A stretch of 63,483 nucleotides of DNA, filler included, from Octopus bimaculoides (lineage: Eukaryota): assembly GCF_001194135.2 (NCBI RefSeq). It is 5 parts of 5 records of this genome, joined end to end, with 100 filler letters (N's around TTAATTAATTAA, not from the genome) between each part and the next. Parts side by side here need not be neighbours in the genome. Positions count along the whole stretch, not along the records: positions 35,437 to 59,298 come from NC_068995.1; positions 59,399 to 61,828 come from NC_068982.1; positions 61,929 to 63,483 come from NW_026433663.1; 2 more parts are not named here. One strand, given 5' to 3'. Below the pieces are notes generated by a model. The model searched no databases and was not told where the DNA came from. It worked only from the letters and a program-made list of their open reading frames with translations. The position numbers and the translations under genes were made by a program. Of this stretch, positions 51,291 through 63,483 are shown piece after piece; within the stretch, counting starts at the first letter, position 1, and every line of letters begins with the position of its first letter.

Positions 51291-54200
51291 GCGACGTTAT
51301 TTAAAAAAGAAGGTTTGCGTTTTCGAGCTCAGAACAGGGAGAAGTAATAAGGAGGATACAGGAAGCGGTCGACAAAGGCAGCTTCTATATATGGCTGAAA
51401 CGAAAAGACCCGAAATGCCTCGAAAGCCATAACATGCCAACTAGAAAATAGCGTCGCTCGATGAGGCTGGCTGGTACTTAAACAACGTTGCTGCCTTACA
51501 GGTGAGCCGAGGGAATAAAAAAGGAAACTGAATGGACCCAGACCGGAAATGTACAACGAGAAAGGAAGCGGTAAAGGAAAGGTAGAGGAGGAATTCAGTT
51601 GTTGCGGAAAGTTGTTACATGGGGCTTAGAATTCACCAAGGGAAAATATGTCAGATGAAAGTGATTCAACAGCGCAGGTTGAAAAACCAGAAAACGCGTA
51701 GATAGATCCTCCTGGAAAGAAACCATAGGGAGGGTCATTCGACCGTTAAATCGGAACAGCCAAGAAAAGAAATCGGCGTGAAGAAGCCAAAGTGGCCGAA
51801 GGCAAATGATGCTGCCAGCTATAAGAAATTCTACGGCAAAATAGCAAGAATGATCACCAAATTCAAAGGGGATGACGAACAAAAGCTCGAGAGCTTGGCT
51901 ACCATAATCTAGCGGGAAGAAAAGAAAAGATTTGGACTTGAAACAACAGGGAATGGAGAATTATCGGCAAAAGGCGGACCTTCGAGGAGCGAAAGACGGA
52001 TCGCAAAGTTAGGAGAAGCGAAAAAAAAAATCTAAAATCCAGATGGAGGGATGCAAAGGAGGGGGAATAAGAAAGGCTAAAACAACTATATGAAGAGATA
52101 AAAAAAGAGGAATCGAGGCCAGCTAAAGGAGGAAAGAAGGAAGAATAGAAGAAAGGAGTGAGAAAAGAACTATCGTAGTTTTGTAAACAACCCATATCAA
52201 TATGCTAAACCTTTCTTTACGGAAAGTAAACGCGGAAGATTAGATTGCACTAAAAAAGAATTCGAACACCAACTTAAAGAAGATTACAGCAACGCTAGTA
52301 GTAATAAAGTACTCCCAGAAATGCTCGGGCTGAAGAAATAACTCGAGCCAAGAGTACCATTTGATTCGAGTGACACCGGACGAAACGAAATTGATGAGTT
52401 CATTAGAAAATAAGAGCAAAATGTTTACCAAGGAACGATGGAGTTAGCTACAAGCTTCATAAATATTGTCCGAAATTGCGTTTACGACTATTTACGTTTT
52501 CTAAGACGAATGTGGAAGAAAGAAGACACAGCAGAGCGATAGTTTATAGCTGAAGGTGTCTATTTACATAAAGAGATGGAGGCAAAAACGCTAGGGCAAT
52601 TCCGACCCATTTTACTGCTAAATATCGATGGGAAGATCATGTTTGGAATTATTGCTAGGAGAATCAGAAAGTCCGTACAGGAAAACGGATATGTTAATGA
52701 TGCAATCCAGAAGGCAGGGATCCCTGGAATCCCTCGATGCATGGAACATGCACTTGCCATCTGGGAAGCTACCAAACAGTGCAAAACAACTGAAGAAATA
52801 CCTGTACATTGTATGACTAGATCTTGCCAATGCATACGGATCTGTTCCACATGCACTAATTCAGGCAGCTATGGACTTGTTTTGCATACCAAATTTTCAA
52901 CGAATGCTGGTGTGTTACTACGATAAAGGTAGGATGAGATTTACTGCAGGAAAGGTCAGAACGGAGTGGAAACGGCTAGAAATAGCTATTGCAGCTGGGT
53001 GCATGATATCAGTCATGGCATTCGTGAAAGGAGTCCAAAAAGAAGTGAAGTTCAGGATAGGAGGCGAAATGAAAGAACAACCCGTAAAAAATTTCGGCAG
53101 AAGGTATAGAGATTTATTGATAAAGACGCAAAACAAAGAAACACACGATGTAATGGAAAAAGGACGAAAGGCAATTCACAATACAACATTACTGGGGAAA
53201 TTCAAATGCTGAATACTGCAATTTCGACTTTAACCATCGATAATGTGGCCATTGCAAATGTATGAAATAGCCTCGAGTAGGGTAGGAAGCATGGAACTAA
53301 GATGCTGTGTGTTTATCAGAAAATGCCTTGCCCTTCCAAAACCACTGAATACATCTGCACTATATAAAAAACCTGTGCTACAACTACCGATAACATCGAG
53401 AAGAAAATAAGGCAGGAAAGGTGAGGATTATAATGATACTAAGGTATTCAAAAGATCAGAACATCCGAGAAAACACTCCAAAGGTACGAACAGGGAGAAT
53501 GGAAAGCGGGAGAAGCAGTAAACAGCGCGATCGGAAAGCTAAGGCATGCCGATATGGTCGGAGGGACGCAAGAAGCAAGAACCAGTCTGGTGTTGCACAA
53601 TTTCAAACCATTTTGCATGAGAAGCGTAAAAGAGATGAAAGAGACAGTGGTGTACGAAGTGAGAATGGAGGAAAAAGAAAGGTGAAATGTACATTTGGTG
53701 TAATGTAGTCAACAGGAACAGTACCTGAGATGGGAGGGATATGTGGTCAGTCGCAGAATCTCGTGGAAGGAACTTTGGGCTTGTGAACCAGCAAGAACAT
53801 CATTCCTGGTCAAGCCTACTTTTGACGTTTTGCCTTCATCGGCCAGTTTAGTCCGTGGAGCATACAAACGACTGATGAATGTAGATGCAGACAGAAGGCG
53901 ACAGAGAGAGATGTTCCGTCAAACTGCAGGCTAAAACTAAGCAGATATACATGGCGTCGCTATCAAGTCCTCGGTGCCATAAACACAGTACTCAAAGAGA
54001 AGACCAACAAGGAAAAGAATATAAAACTAGACCTTCAAAAAAAGTATACGAAACAGACGAAAGATGGAAGGGATACTGGGAGTTGGCCTCAGATTTGGAA
54101 AGATTGTTAATATTTCCACTCATAAAAACAACAAAAAGACCAGATTTAATCCTATGGAACACAGAACGAAAAACTGGTATTTTGATAGAGCTGCCAGTGC

Positions 54201-54945
54201 CTTAGGAAGAGAAGATCGCTAAGGCAGAGCAACGGTAGCAGAAGAGGTATGAGAGATTAATCGAACAGTGCGGAGAACAGGGGTGAACTGTCGAGTATTA
54301 CCATCTGGCAGTGGTATCTAGAGGCTTCCTTGAAAGGAGAATGGCGACGTTACTTAAAAGAAAGTTTGCATTTTCGAGCTCAGAGCTGGGAAAAGTAATA
54401 AGGTGGATACAAGAGGAGGTCGACAATGCCAGCTTCTAAGCATGGCTAAAAGAAAAAGACCTGAAATGGCTCGAAAGCCATAACATGCCGACTGGAAAAT
54501 AGCGTCGTTCGGCGAGGCTGGCTGGCACTTAAACAACGTTGCTACATGACAGGTGGGCCGAGGGAACCATCTCGTTCATTGGGTGCCTTCATCTCCAGTA
54601 GTTCGAAGGCTTGTACTACAAGACGGTTAGTCGGGTCTGTCTGCTGGTGGTGAAACGAACACGACTTTGTTAGAAGGTAGGTCTAAAGAGAGCGCGGGCC
54701 AAAACTACGGGCCCTTCTCCAATGGTCAGTTGAAGCTTAGACTATATCATGTGACAGTTAGCTGGCGATGGCTGCGGGAGCCCACCGGCGAGTATTTAAA
54801 GGGAAATTTGGCAGGTTGGTCATTCGCTCGCTGACATTCATTGACGCTGCATCGAAGAACGAAAGAACAAAAGGCCAAAGAAAAAAGAAAAAAGAAACGC
54901 ACTCAGCACCAGAGCTGAAGACACCTCCACTTATGTATGTATGTA
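51291..54945 (+). mobile_element. Degenerate near-full-length RLE non-LTR retrotransposon, HERO-like
   Basis: N-terminal CCGK...GLRIHQGKIC zinc finger; KPKVKWPKAN; NPYQYAK; GQFRPILLLNIDGKIMF...IQKAGIPGIPRCMEH...LDLANAYGSVP; KRPDLILWN...ILIELPVP*EE; GC-rich 3' region ending before (TATG)n. Numerous stops. Confidence 0.85.
54793..54825 (+). promoter_or_regulatory. TATA-like plus Inr-like pair in the 3' region of the HERO-like element
   Basis: TATTTAAA at 54793 and TCATTC at 54820, with the A ~29 nt after the TATA start. Confidence 0.3.
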
Positions 54946-55276
54946 TGTATTTCATCTCTGCTCAGAACCGGTACTCGATACCAAAATTTTTGAACGCCTC
55001 CTTCTATCCCTCTTCTTTGTGCCTCTGTATACTCTATGTAAGTATTCGCCCATCTAACGTTATAGCCATCTTACAGCACTAACCATATGAAATGTTTTAA
55101 CTAAGGACGGTTTACGCATAGCTGCTTTTCTAATTATCTATTACACACACCACAAACGTATGATTTTTAAGTATCACTATTTGTTTTGACTTCCTTAATA
55201 CTACCCACACACGCACACACACACTCACACACACACTCACACACACAGACACACTCACTAACACACACAAACACAA

Positions 55277-55332
<56 letters not shown>

Positions 55333-55737
55333 TCGCAGCATTAAATAAGGTATTTTCGTGTAAAGCAATATTTAATACGTTCGAGTGAATTCGAATGTCA
55401 AAAGATCTTCCGGTGCAAAACTAGTCATCCGAGGAAACTGTTCACTTAGTGATGTGTGTGAAGAGACATGTGTGAAAAGTCTGTGAATGATGTTGTCATA
55501 GGATACGTGCATTTCTGTGTTCTCTTGCATCATGAAATACGAACGTCAAATTTGTCATTCACAGATCAACAAGTACTGATGCATTTATGTACTCGCACAT
55601 CATACGGTACTTTTACTTATTCGCGTAAAGTTTGGTCAAGCTACAATTAAAAAGCTGTAACTGCAGGAAGCAACCTTGAGTATAGTTCTAATTTATACAC
55701 ACTCAGGCACACACACACAGGCACACACACACGCACG

Positions 55738-55831
<94 letters not shown>

Positions 55832-56182
55832 TACACAAGAGTAAGCACGTGAATATTAAACAAGGGGGTAAATACTACTCGCATACCGGAGGCAGTGTAA
55901 TAGGCCTCATTATTGGAGCTGCATAAACATCACTAAAATATCACAAAAAAAAAAAAAATCTGTTTCTCAGAGTTTCGCGTTCCGTTTCGTCGGACAGTTG
56001 TGATTAAGAATGGGACTAGAATTAAGGTAATATGAATAAGTATGTTTTACAATTTACATTGATAGATACTCATTTGAATTTCACCACCGTGAAAAAAACG
56101 TTAGTTGAAATCACCAATGAAATGAAACCAAATTCAAATTTGCATCTGTCAATTCAAATTGTACTATGTATATATATATATA

Positions 56183-57225
56183 TCGGGTTATCGCATAAGT
56201 TATGTCCGATTTTGAATAAAGAAAACAAGTGATCAAATGTTATATTCAATTGAAATTTTATCATCAATGTACTTTCCCTGATTATCTGTGACTTCCGTCC
56301 ATCTATTTACAAGTTTTTTTATCCCATCAATGTAAAACTCTTTTGGTTTCAAAGCGAAGAACTCTGAAATGTCAGTTTCGACCTCCCACTGGCTTGCAAA
56401 ATTTATGTCCCTCAAATGATTCTGTAAACTACGAAACAAATGGTGGTCTGAAGGAGCAAGGTCGGGAGAATAAGGTGGATGAGGAATCTTTTCCTAACCA
56501 AGCTCTTCGATCTTCTGTGATGTGATCTATGCAGTCTGGAGTCGCGCATTGTACTGATGAAACATCACTCCTTTTCGATTCACTAAAGCGGGTCTTTTTT
56601 TCTTCAAAGCTTGGCTCAAATGCTCTAATTACTGACAGTTGACTTGAGCATTGATTGTTGCATTAGGTGGTAACAATTCAAAGTGAATTACTCCTTTCCA
56701 ATCCCAACAGATAGAGAGAAGAACCTTTTTTCCACGACGTTCCTTTCTCGGTTGTGATTGAGCTCTTTCCCTTTCAACAAGCCACAGTTTACAAGGTTTA
56801 ACATTTTGATAGAAGATACATTCTTCGTCACCAGTCGCAAGTCTATCCGAAAAGGGTGAAATGAGTTCGCGAGAATGGAGAGAATAGCAGGTGTCAACCT
56901 TTCCAACTTGTTCAAGATGTCGATGAACAGTTGTTTGGTTTGTACTAAGCTATATTGCCAATTCTTCAACTGATAATGCAGGATTTTCTTCAAGTAATGC
57001 CTCAAGGAGCTTATCATCAAACTCAACTGGACATCCTGTTCGATCTTCCCCTTCAAGGCTGAAATCTCCGCTTCTGAATTTTGCAAATCATCTTCTGCAA
57101 GTTCTTTTATTCAAGGATTCTTTCCCATAATGTGTATATATGTTTCCAGTCATTTCGGCTGCCGAGAATTCTTTTTTCTATTTATAACGCATTATGTGCT
57201 TTAAATGCTCTTTGGATACTTCCAT
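56183..57225 (-). mobile_element. Degenerate full-length mariner transposase (DD34D-type) with one TIR
   Basis: MEVSKEHLKHIMRY...RTCRR*FAKFRSGDFSLE; TGDEECIFYQN; NARL; PHPPYSPDLAPSDHHLFRSLQNHL...FYIDGIKKLVNRW. TIR-like TA|TCGGGTTATCGCATAAG at ~56183. Confidence 0.9.
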
Positions 57226-58061
57226 GTTAGAAATGGTTTTAATCAAAGTAATTTTTATTCTATTATTCTGTAAAATAATATTTGATTAGATTAAATGCAC
57301 ACAAATGCATAAAAATAATTCTTAAATCCATTAGACATTCTTAAATTGATATATATNNNNNNNNNNNNNNNNNNNNNNNNNNNNNNNNNNNNNNNNNNNN
57401 NNNNNNNNNNNNNNNNNNNNNNNNNNNNNNNNNNNNNNNNNNNNNNNNNNNNNNNNNNNNNNNNNNNNNNNNNNNNNNNNNNNNNNNNNNNNNNNNNNNN
57501 NNNNNNNNNNNNNNNNNNNNNNNNNNNNNNNNNNNNNNNNNNNNNNNNNNNNNNNNNNNNNNNNNNNNNNNNNNNNNNNNNNNNNNNNNNNNNNNNNNNN
57601 NNNNNNNNNNNNNNNNNNNNNNNNNNNNNNNNNNNNNNNNNNNNNNNNNNNNNNNNNNNNNNNNNNNNNNNNNNNNNNNNNNNNNNNNNNNNNNNNNNNN
57701 NNNNNNNNNNNNNNNNNNNNNNNNNNNNNNNNNNNNNNNNNNNNNNNNNNNNNNNNNNNNNNNNNNNNNNNNNNNNNNNNNNNNNNNNNNNNNNNNNNNN
57801 NNNNNNNNNNNNNNNNNNNNNNNNNNNNNNNNNNNNNNNNNNNNNNNNNNNNNNNNNNNNNNNNNNNNNNNNNNNNNNNNNNNNNNNNNNNNNNNNNNNN
57901 NNNNNNNNNNNNNNNNNNNNNNNNNNNNNNNNNNNNNNNNNNNNNNNNNNNNNNNNNNNNNNNNNNNNNNNNNNNNNNNNNNNNNNNNNNNNNNNNNNNN
58001 NNNNNNNNNNNNNNNNNNNNNNNNNNNNNNNNNNNNNNNNNNNNNNNNNNNNNNNNNNNNN

Positions 58062-58084
<23 letters not shown>

Positions 58085-58096
<12 letters not shown>

Positions 58097-58320
58097 TTCT
58101 TTATTTGACTGCGGCTATGCTGTAGCATCGGCTTTGATCGTACAAATCAACCCCAGAACTTGTTCTTTGTAAGCCTAGTACTTATTCTATCGGTTCTTTT
58201 TCTCGAAACCCTAAGTTACGTGGACGTAAACACGCTAACATCGGTTGTCAAACGATGGTGCGCAACACAGACACTGACACAAAATACTCACACACACGCG
58301 CATACATACACGCACACACA
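58085..58320 (-). mobile_element. CORE-like SINE 3' half
   Basis: Reads ATTTGACTGCGGCTATGCTG...GTAAGCCTAGTACTTATTCTATCGG...GGACGTAAACACGC. Confidence 0.85.
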
Positions 58321-58434
58321 TAAACACCCTCCCACACATATATATACTGCGTGCGTAAGATATTTAAGAACAGATTTATGTTTATAAAGAAAACAGATAT
58401 ATAATAACAGATAACTTTATTTTTCAAAAAATGT

Positions 58435-58599
58435 TATTCAATAAAGCCACTTTCAGCTTTAACAACTGCTTCTATATGAGATCTAAATCATCTACAAGCT
58501 TGAATCAAGAAGTTTTGGTTCATTTGGGATATTACTCTGACCACGGCAGCTTTTAAAGCATCTCTGGTGTTATGGGCATCTTCATTGACCTCTCTCTCA
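58435..58599 (-). mobile_element. maT-like Tc1/mariner C-terminal fragment
   Basis: Translates as EREVNEDAHNTRDALKAAVVRVISQMNQNFLIQACR*FRSHIEAVVKAESGFIE*. Confidence 0.8.
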
Positions 58600-59254
58600 N
58601 NNNNNNNNNNNNNNNNNNNNNNNNNNNNNNNNNNNNNNNNNNNNNNNNNNNNNNNNNNNNNNNNNNNNNNNNNNNNNNNNNNNNNNNNNNNNNNNNNNNN
58701 NNNNNNNNNNNNNNNNNNNNNNNNNNNNNNNNNNNNNNNNNNNNNNNNNNNNNNNNNNNNNNNNNNNNNNNNNNNNNNNNNNNNNNNNNNNNNNNNNNNN
58801 NNNNNNNNNNNNNNNNNNNNNNNNNNNNNNNNNNNNNNNNNNNNNNNNNNNNNNNNNNNNNNNNNNNNNNNNNNNNNNNNNNATATATATATATATATAC
58901 ATACATACATAATTATATTAAGGGAGAAAGTCGAAAATACATGCGATTGAAAGCAGGCGAGTGTAAGGATGTTTAAAAAAAGACTCCACAGAAAAAAGAA
59001 ATCTAGTCAAGTTTTTAATTTTGAAATTAGCTAATTTGCAATTAATCTGGAGTATGTTTACATATCTTTTCGCAAGCCCGCTTTCAATCGCATGTATTTG
59101 TGGAGCTTTTCTCGGTAGCTTCGTAATGTTTAGACATCCATTCAGCATGGAGGAGAACAGTCATGCAGTTCTATATTTGAGAGGTAAGGAATTATGTACA
59201 TTATTTACATTTGACGGATATTTGTCCTCATCCTGTTTGTTGTTAACACATAAC

Positions 59255-59298
<44 letters not shown>

Positions 59299-59929
59299 NN
59301 NNNNNNNNNNNNNNNNNNNNNNNNNNNNNNNNNNNNNNNNNNTTAATTAATTAANNNNNNNNNNNNNNNNNNNNNNNNNNNNNNNNNNNNNNNNNNNNGT
59401 ATACATATTACTGTATACATTTTATTCACTGAATAAAATATAGTTATTATATAACATATAATAACATAACATAAGCGGGGCAGAATAAGTAATCTCTGAT
59501 TTGTTGTTTTCCTCCTGCCCGTTTGAAATCATTACATTGCAAATATTGCATTATCGTTTTGTATTATTGCCTCAGCTTTTTGGGAATGAAAACCGACTAG
59601 CATTTTTGTTGTTGTTGTGGCTGTTGAAGTTGACAAGCACTTGTTTTTCAAGAAAATTTGAAATTTCGTTTGCCCAAGATATTTTGAATTCTCGTTGCAT
59701 TTCTTATCTTTCTGATGCATAAAGATGGATATTGATGCGTATAAGTCTTTTTTTTTCAAATATTGTTTTGTAGAATTAAAGGTAAATTTACTTTATTGTG
59801 TTTTCCTTATTTTGCCCAACCTAAAAAGAGACCATAGATGATTTTCTGAAATGGTGTTCCTGTATGTGTTAAGGTGTTTTTAAAGCATTTAGAAAAAGTC
59901 ATTTACTTAGCTGATATACATTTTGTAAG

Positions 59930-60780
59930 ATATTCTTTTACTTGTTTCAGTCATTTGACTGCGGCAAATCGACCCCTTGACTTATTGTTTATAAGCCTAG
60001 TACTTAGTCTATCGGTCTGTTTTGCCCAACCGCTAAGTTACGGGGACGTAAACGCACCAACATTGGTTGTCAAGCGATGTTGGTGGGGGGACAAGCACAG
60101 ACGCACAAACACAAACACACATATATATGTGTATATATATATATGTGTGTTTGTGTATATATATATATTTGTATGTATATGTGTATATATATATATATTT
60201 GTATGTATATGTNNNNNNNNNNNNNNNNNNNNNNNNNNNNNNNNNNNNNNNNNNNNNNNNNNNNNNNNNNNNNNNNNNNNNNNNNNNNNNNNNNNNNNNN
60301 NNNNNNNNNNNNNNNNNNNNNNNNNNNNNNNNNNNNNNNNNNNNNNNNNNNNNNNNNNNNNNNNNNNNNNNNNNNNNNNNNNNNNNNNNNNNNNNNNNNN
60401 NNNNNNNNNNNNNNNNNNNNNNNNNNNNNNNNNNNNNNNNNNNNNNNNNNNNNNNNNNNNNNNNNNNNNNNNNNNNNNNNNNNNNNNNNNNNNNNNNNNN
60501 NNNNNNNNNNNNNNNNNNNNNNNNNNNNNNNNNNNNNNNNNNNNNNNNNNNNNNNNNNNNNNNNNNNNNNNNNNNNNNNNNNNNNNNNNNNNNNNNNNNN
60601 NNNNNNNNNNNNNNNNNNATATATATATATATATACATACGACGGACTTTTTTCAGTTTCCATCTACCAAATCCACTCACAGTGCTTTGGTCGGCCCGAG
60701 GCTATAGTAGAAGGCACTTACCGAAGGTCCTATGCAGTGGGAGTGAACCTGGAACAAATGTGGTTGGTATGCAAGCTACT
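59930..60780 (-). mobile_element. CORE-like SINE, full length, with its internal microsatellite in an N gap
   Basis: Tail at 59935, body, (TA/TG)n, then CGACGGACTTTTTTCAGTTTCC...GCAGTGGGAGTGAACCTGGAAC head. Confidence 0.88.
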
Positions 60781-61494
60781 TACCTAAAAGTATTCTTCGT
60801 GAAATTCAAAACGGTACTAAACATTATTCATTGTCTCTTCGTCTTCTCCTCTGGTGCTGTATGAATATTTGATGTGGTTTCAGAGTCGAGTTTTCACTGC
60901 TATATCTAACATAATGGTATCTTTAGATACCCTTAATTATAATTAATAAATATATATATATATATATTCGTATAATTTTATATTATAAATTTGAATCTTA
61001 TATCGTAAATATGTAAGACTTGGATCATTTTAAGTCTTAATATGCAAGCGACCTTTATATAAGAAGCATACTACACATATCTTCACATATCCACATGCCT
61101 AGATTGGTAAAAATATTGTAAAATATGAGGTGCAAGAATCCTCTATCATATTTAACAATTTCAGCATATAATTTCAGCAGGACGCTAAATTAGACACTAG
61201 CTTGTATTATCCAAAAAGATACGAAAAGAAAACGAAATGGATAATTAAATAAGAAACTGTATAACTTACTTTCCGTGTTATTACATTTTCTATTCCACTC
61301 GAATGTTTTGACTACCTTGTCACCTACATAATTATATTTTTGGAGGCAAATCTTAAATGGATTACGAATCTTTGAACAGCTGCTCTATTTTAGAAAGAAG
61401 GAAATGAAACAGGCAAAGATAAAGTGCAAAATTCACTTATTTCAAGATTCTTACACACACACACGGACATATATATATGCAACATGTATAAACG

Positions 61495-61582
<88 letters not shown>

Positions 61583-62261
61583 GACAGAGAGTTTGAAGTG
61601 ATGTACAGATACTGTATATTTAGAATAATTAGGAAGTCAGAATGTTGGATGATTTTGTATACATATATAGTTTTATTTACATCTTATTTACATTTTTACT
61701 ATTTTCGTTCGTTATCGGATTTATCAAAAAAGAAAAAAAAAAGACAGAAAATTTTTTATACAAAAAACAAGAAATCTAAATTCGAACAATTTATATATTT
61801 TTTTTTTTCATTTTGATAAATCCGAAAANNNNNNNNNNNNNNNNNNNNNNNNNNNNNNNNNNNNNNNNNNNNTTAATTAATTAANNNNNNNNNNNNNNNN
61901 NNNNNNNNNNNNNNNNNNNNNNNNNNNNAACATTTACATACATGACTAACATACGATTAACAAGCAACAACTTGTTCATAAATAGGGCAGAATTTTCGTT
62001 TAAACAGCCCAAATAACCCCTCACAATTTTATTTTTTTATATTTTGGAATTTTCAGAAAATGTTTGTTAATTTTTGTCCTACACATGGGAATTCATAACA
62101 TCCCTATTAATATTAAAATTTCCAGTCATTTTCGATTATTTTTCTCTTTTAATCTGTTTAAAATACGGGCGGTCTGAATTTTTACCTAAATCCCAGCAGC
62201 AGCAGACCGCCCTTCGGTTTATCATAATTCCATTAAATGGGTTCATGGAGAGAAAGATATT

Positions 62262-62320
62262 TTTTTATTGCCCACAGATGGCTAAACATAGAGGGGGACA
62301 AACAAGGACAGACAAAGGGC
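62262..62320 (-). mobile_element. Isolated tail-A SINE fragment
   Basis: Reads TTTATTGCCCACAGATGGCTAAACATAGAGGGGGACAAACAAGGACAGACAAAGGG. Confidence 0.75.
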
Positions 62321-63239
62321 AGAAAATGAATCACCCTTCTCATGGGTTTAGTTTAAGCATAGACAAGATTTGTTCTGATTTCTGAAAATTGATATCGAAG
62401 CTTCTAAATATCCCTTAAACCTCCCTTAAATCACACACACGAAGTATTATTATTTCAAAAGCGTATGAACTTCCGTGCTTAGAACACAAATTCACGAAAA
62501 TTTCCTGAAAATTCCAAAGAATGAAAATGCTACAATGGGTTATATGGATTTCATTAACCAGAATTCTGCCATTAACCATTGTGAAGGAATCTCTGTACGT
62601 TCAATGGACCCTTTTCCCCACGTTTGCTCAGACAGAAAAGGATAGGCAACACCTTTTATAGGGAACCCAAGTCGTGTGGGAGAAAGAAAAGATGGAATCA
62701 TAGTGTATCCTCAGACGGATATCCGATCTCAATGTGAACTCCAGTCAAGGTACCGACATACTAAAAACAACAGCCAAATATCCCTCAGATCACTCTACAT
62801 ATTGTTAGAAGACAATACATTGGATAAAATGCATTCAGGTAGATGGACATTGCTCGTATATAAATAGGGAAACGGTCATGGATGGGATGTTTTGTATCAT
62901 AGATCAACCCCTTCAAGGCTGACTGGCTTATAAACAACAATACCAACGAAGACGTCTGCAACAACAACAACAATAACAACAATGACAAGTAATAATAATC
63001 TTGTTACCTCTTCTGGGCGTATTACCGTGAGATATATATATATATATTCGACAAATACTGGTAAATGTACTGTCAAATTATCTTAGAAGCATCAATATTA
63101 ATTCTCAGAAATCAGAACAAATCTTGTCTATGCTTTCCTCATTAAACTAAATCTATGAGAAGAGTGATGGTTTGTAATATCCTGACGACCAATGGCGTAG
63201 AGTGATTCATTGGCTATAAATGAAACGGATATACGTAAG

Positions 63240-63483
63240 TACACGATACATACGTACATACATACATACATACATACATTCATACATACATACATCCATT
63301 CATACATACATACATACATACATTCATACATACAAGTGTATACCTATGCACTTAGATACATACGTACGTAGCCTAAATACTTATAATGCTATGTCGTCTG
63401 TCTGTATGTATATCCATGTACAGGTAACTACGACAACATAACATTGCAGGTAGTTAAGTTATGCATATATATATATATATATA
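63240..63483. repeat. (TACA)n and (TA)n microsatellites
   Basis: Read directly. Confidence 0.9.

Overview
This is repeat-dominated eukaryotic DNA from a gapped draft assembly. The SINE families, microsatellite density and AT content suggest an octopus; that assignment is inferred and not database-confirmed. No intact host gene or transposon ORF can be supported, and nearly all ORF-track entries are microsatellite or N-gap read-through. Contents: (1) an ~8-kb cluster of tRNA-derived SINEs at 3.4-11.3 kb whose core is a head-to-tail array of at least 22 ~221-bp SINE units with higher-order variant patterns and inversion junctions at both ends; (2) several copies of an R4/Dong-type RLE non-LTR retrotransposon, most of them adjacent to (TAA)n tracts, two with near-identical 3' UTRs; (3) a degenerate HERO-like RLE retrotransposon bracketed by ~225-bp direct repeats; (4) a Penelope-like relic (RT plus GIY-YIG) and minimal hammerhead-ribozyme motifs; (5) RTE and CR1 fragments and five Tc1/mariner relics; (6) one plausible 81-nt host exon. 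The most interesting signals are the SINE-derived satellite with its fold-back, the apparent AGAAAC self-targeting of one SINE subfamily, the hammerhead-bearing unit at 26.0-26.6 kb, and the LTR-like layout of the HERO-like element. All translations and alignments were done by eye.
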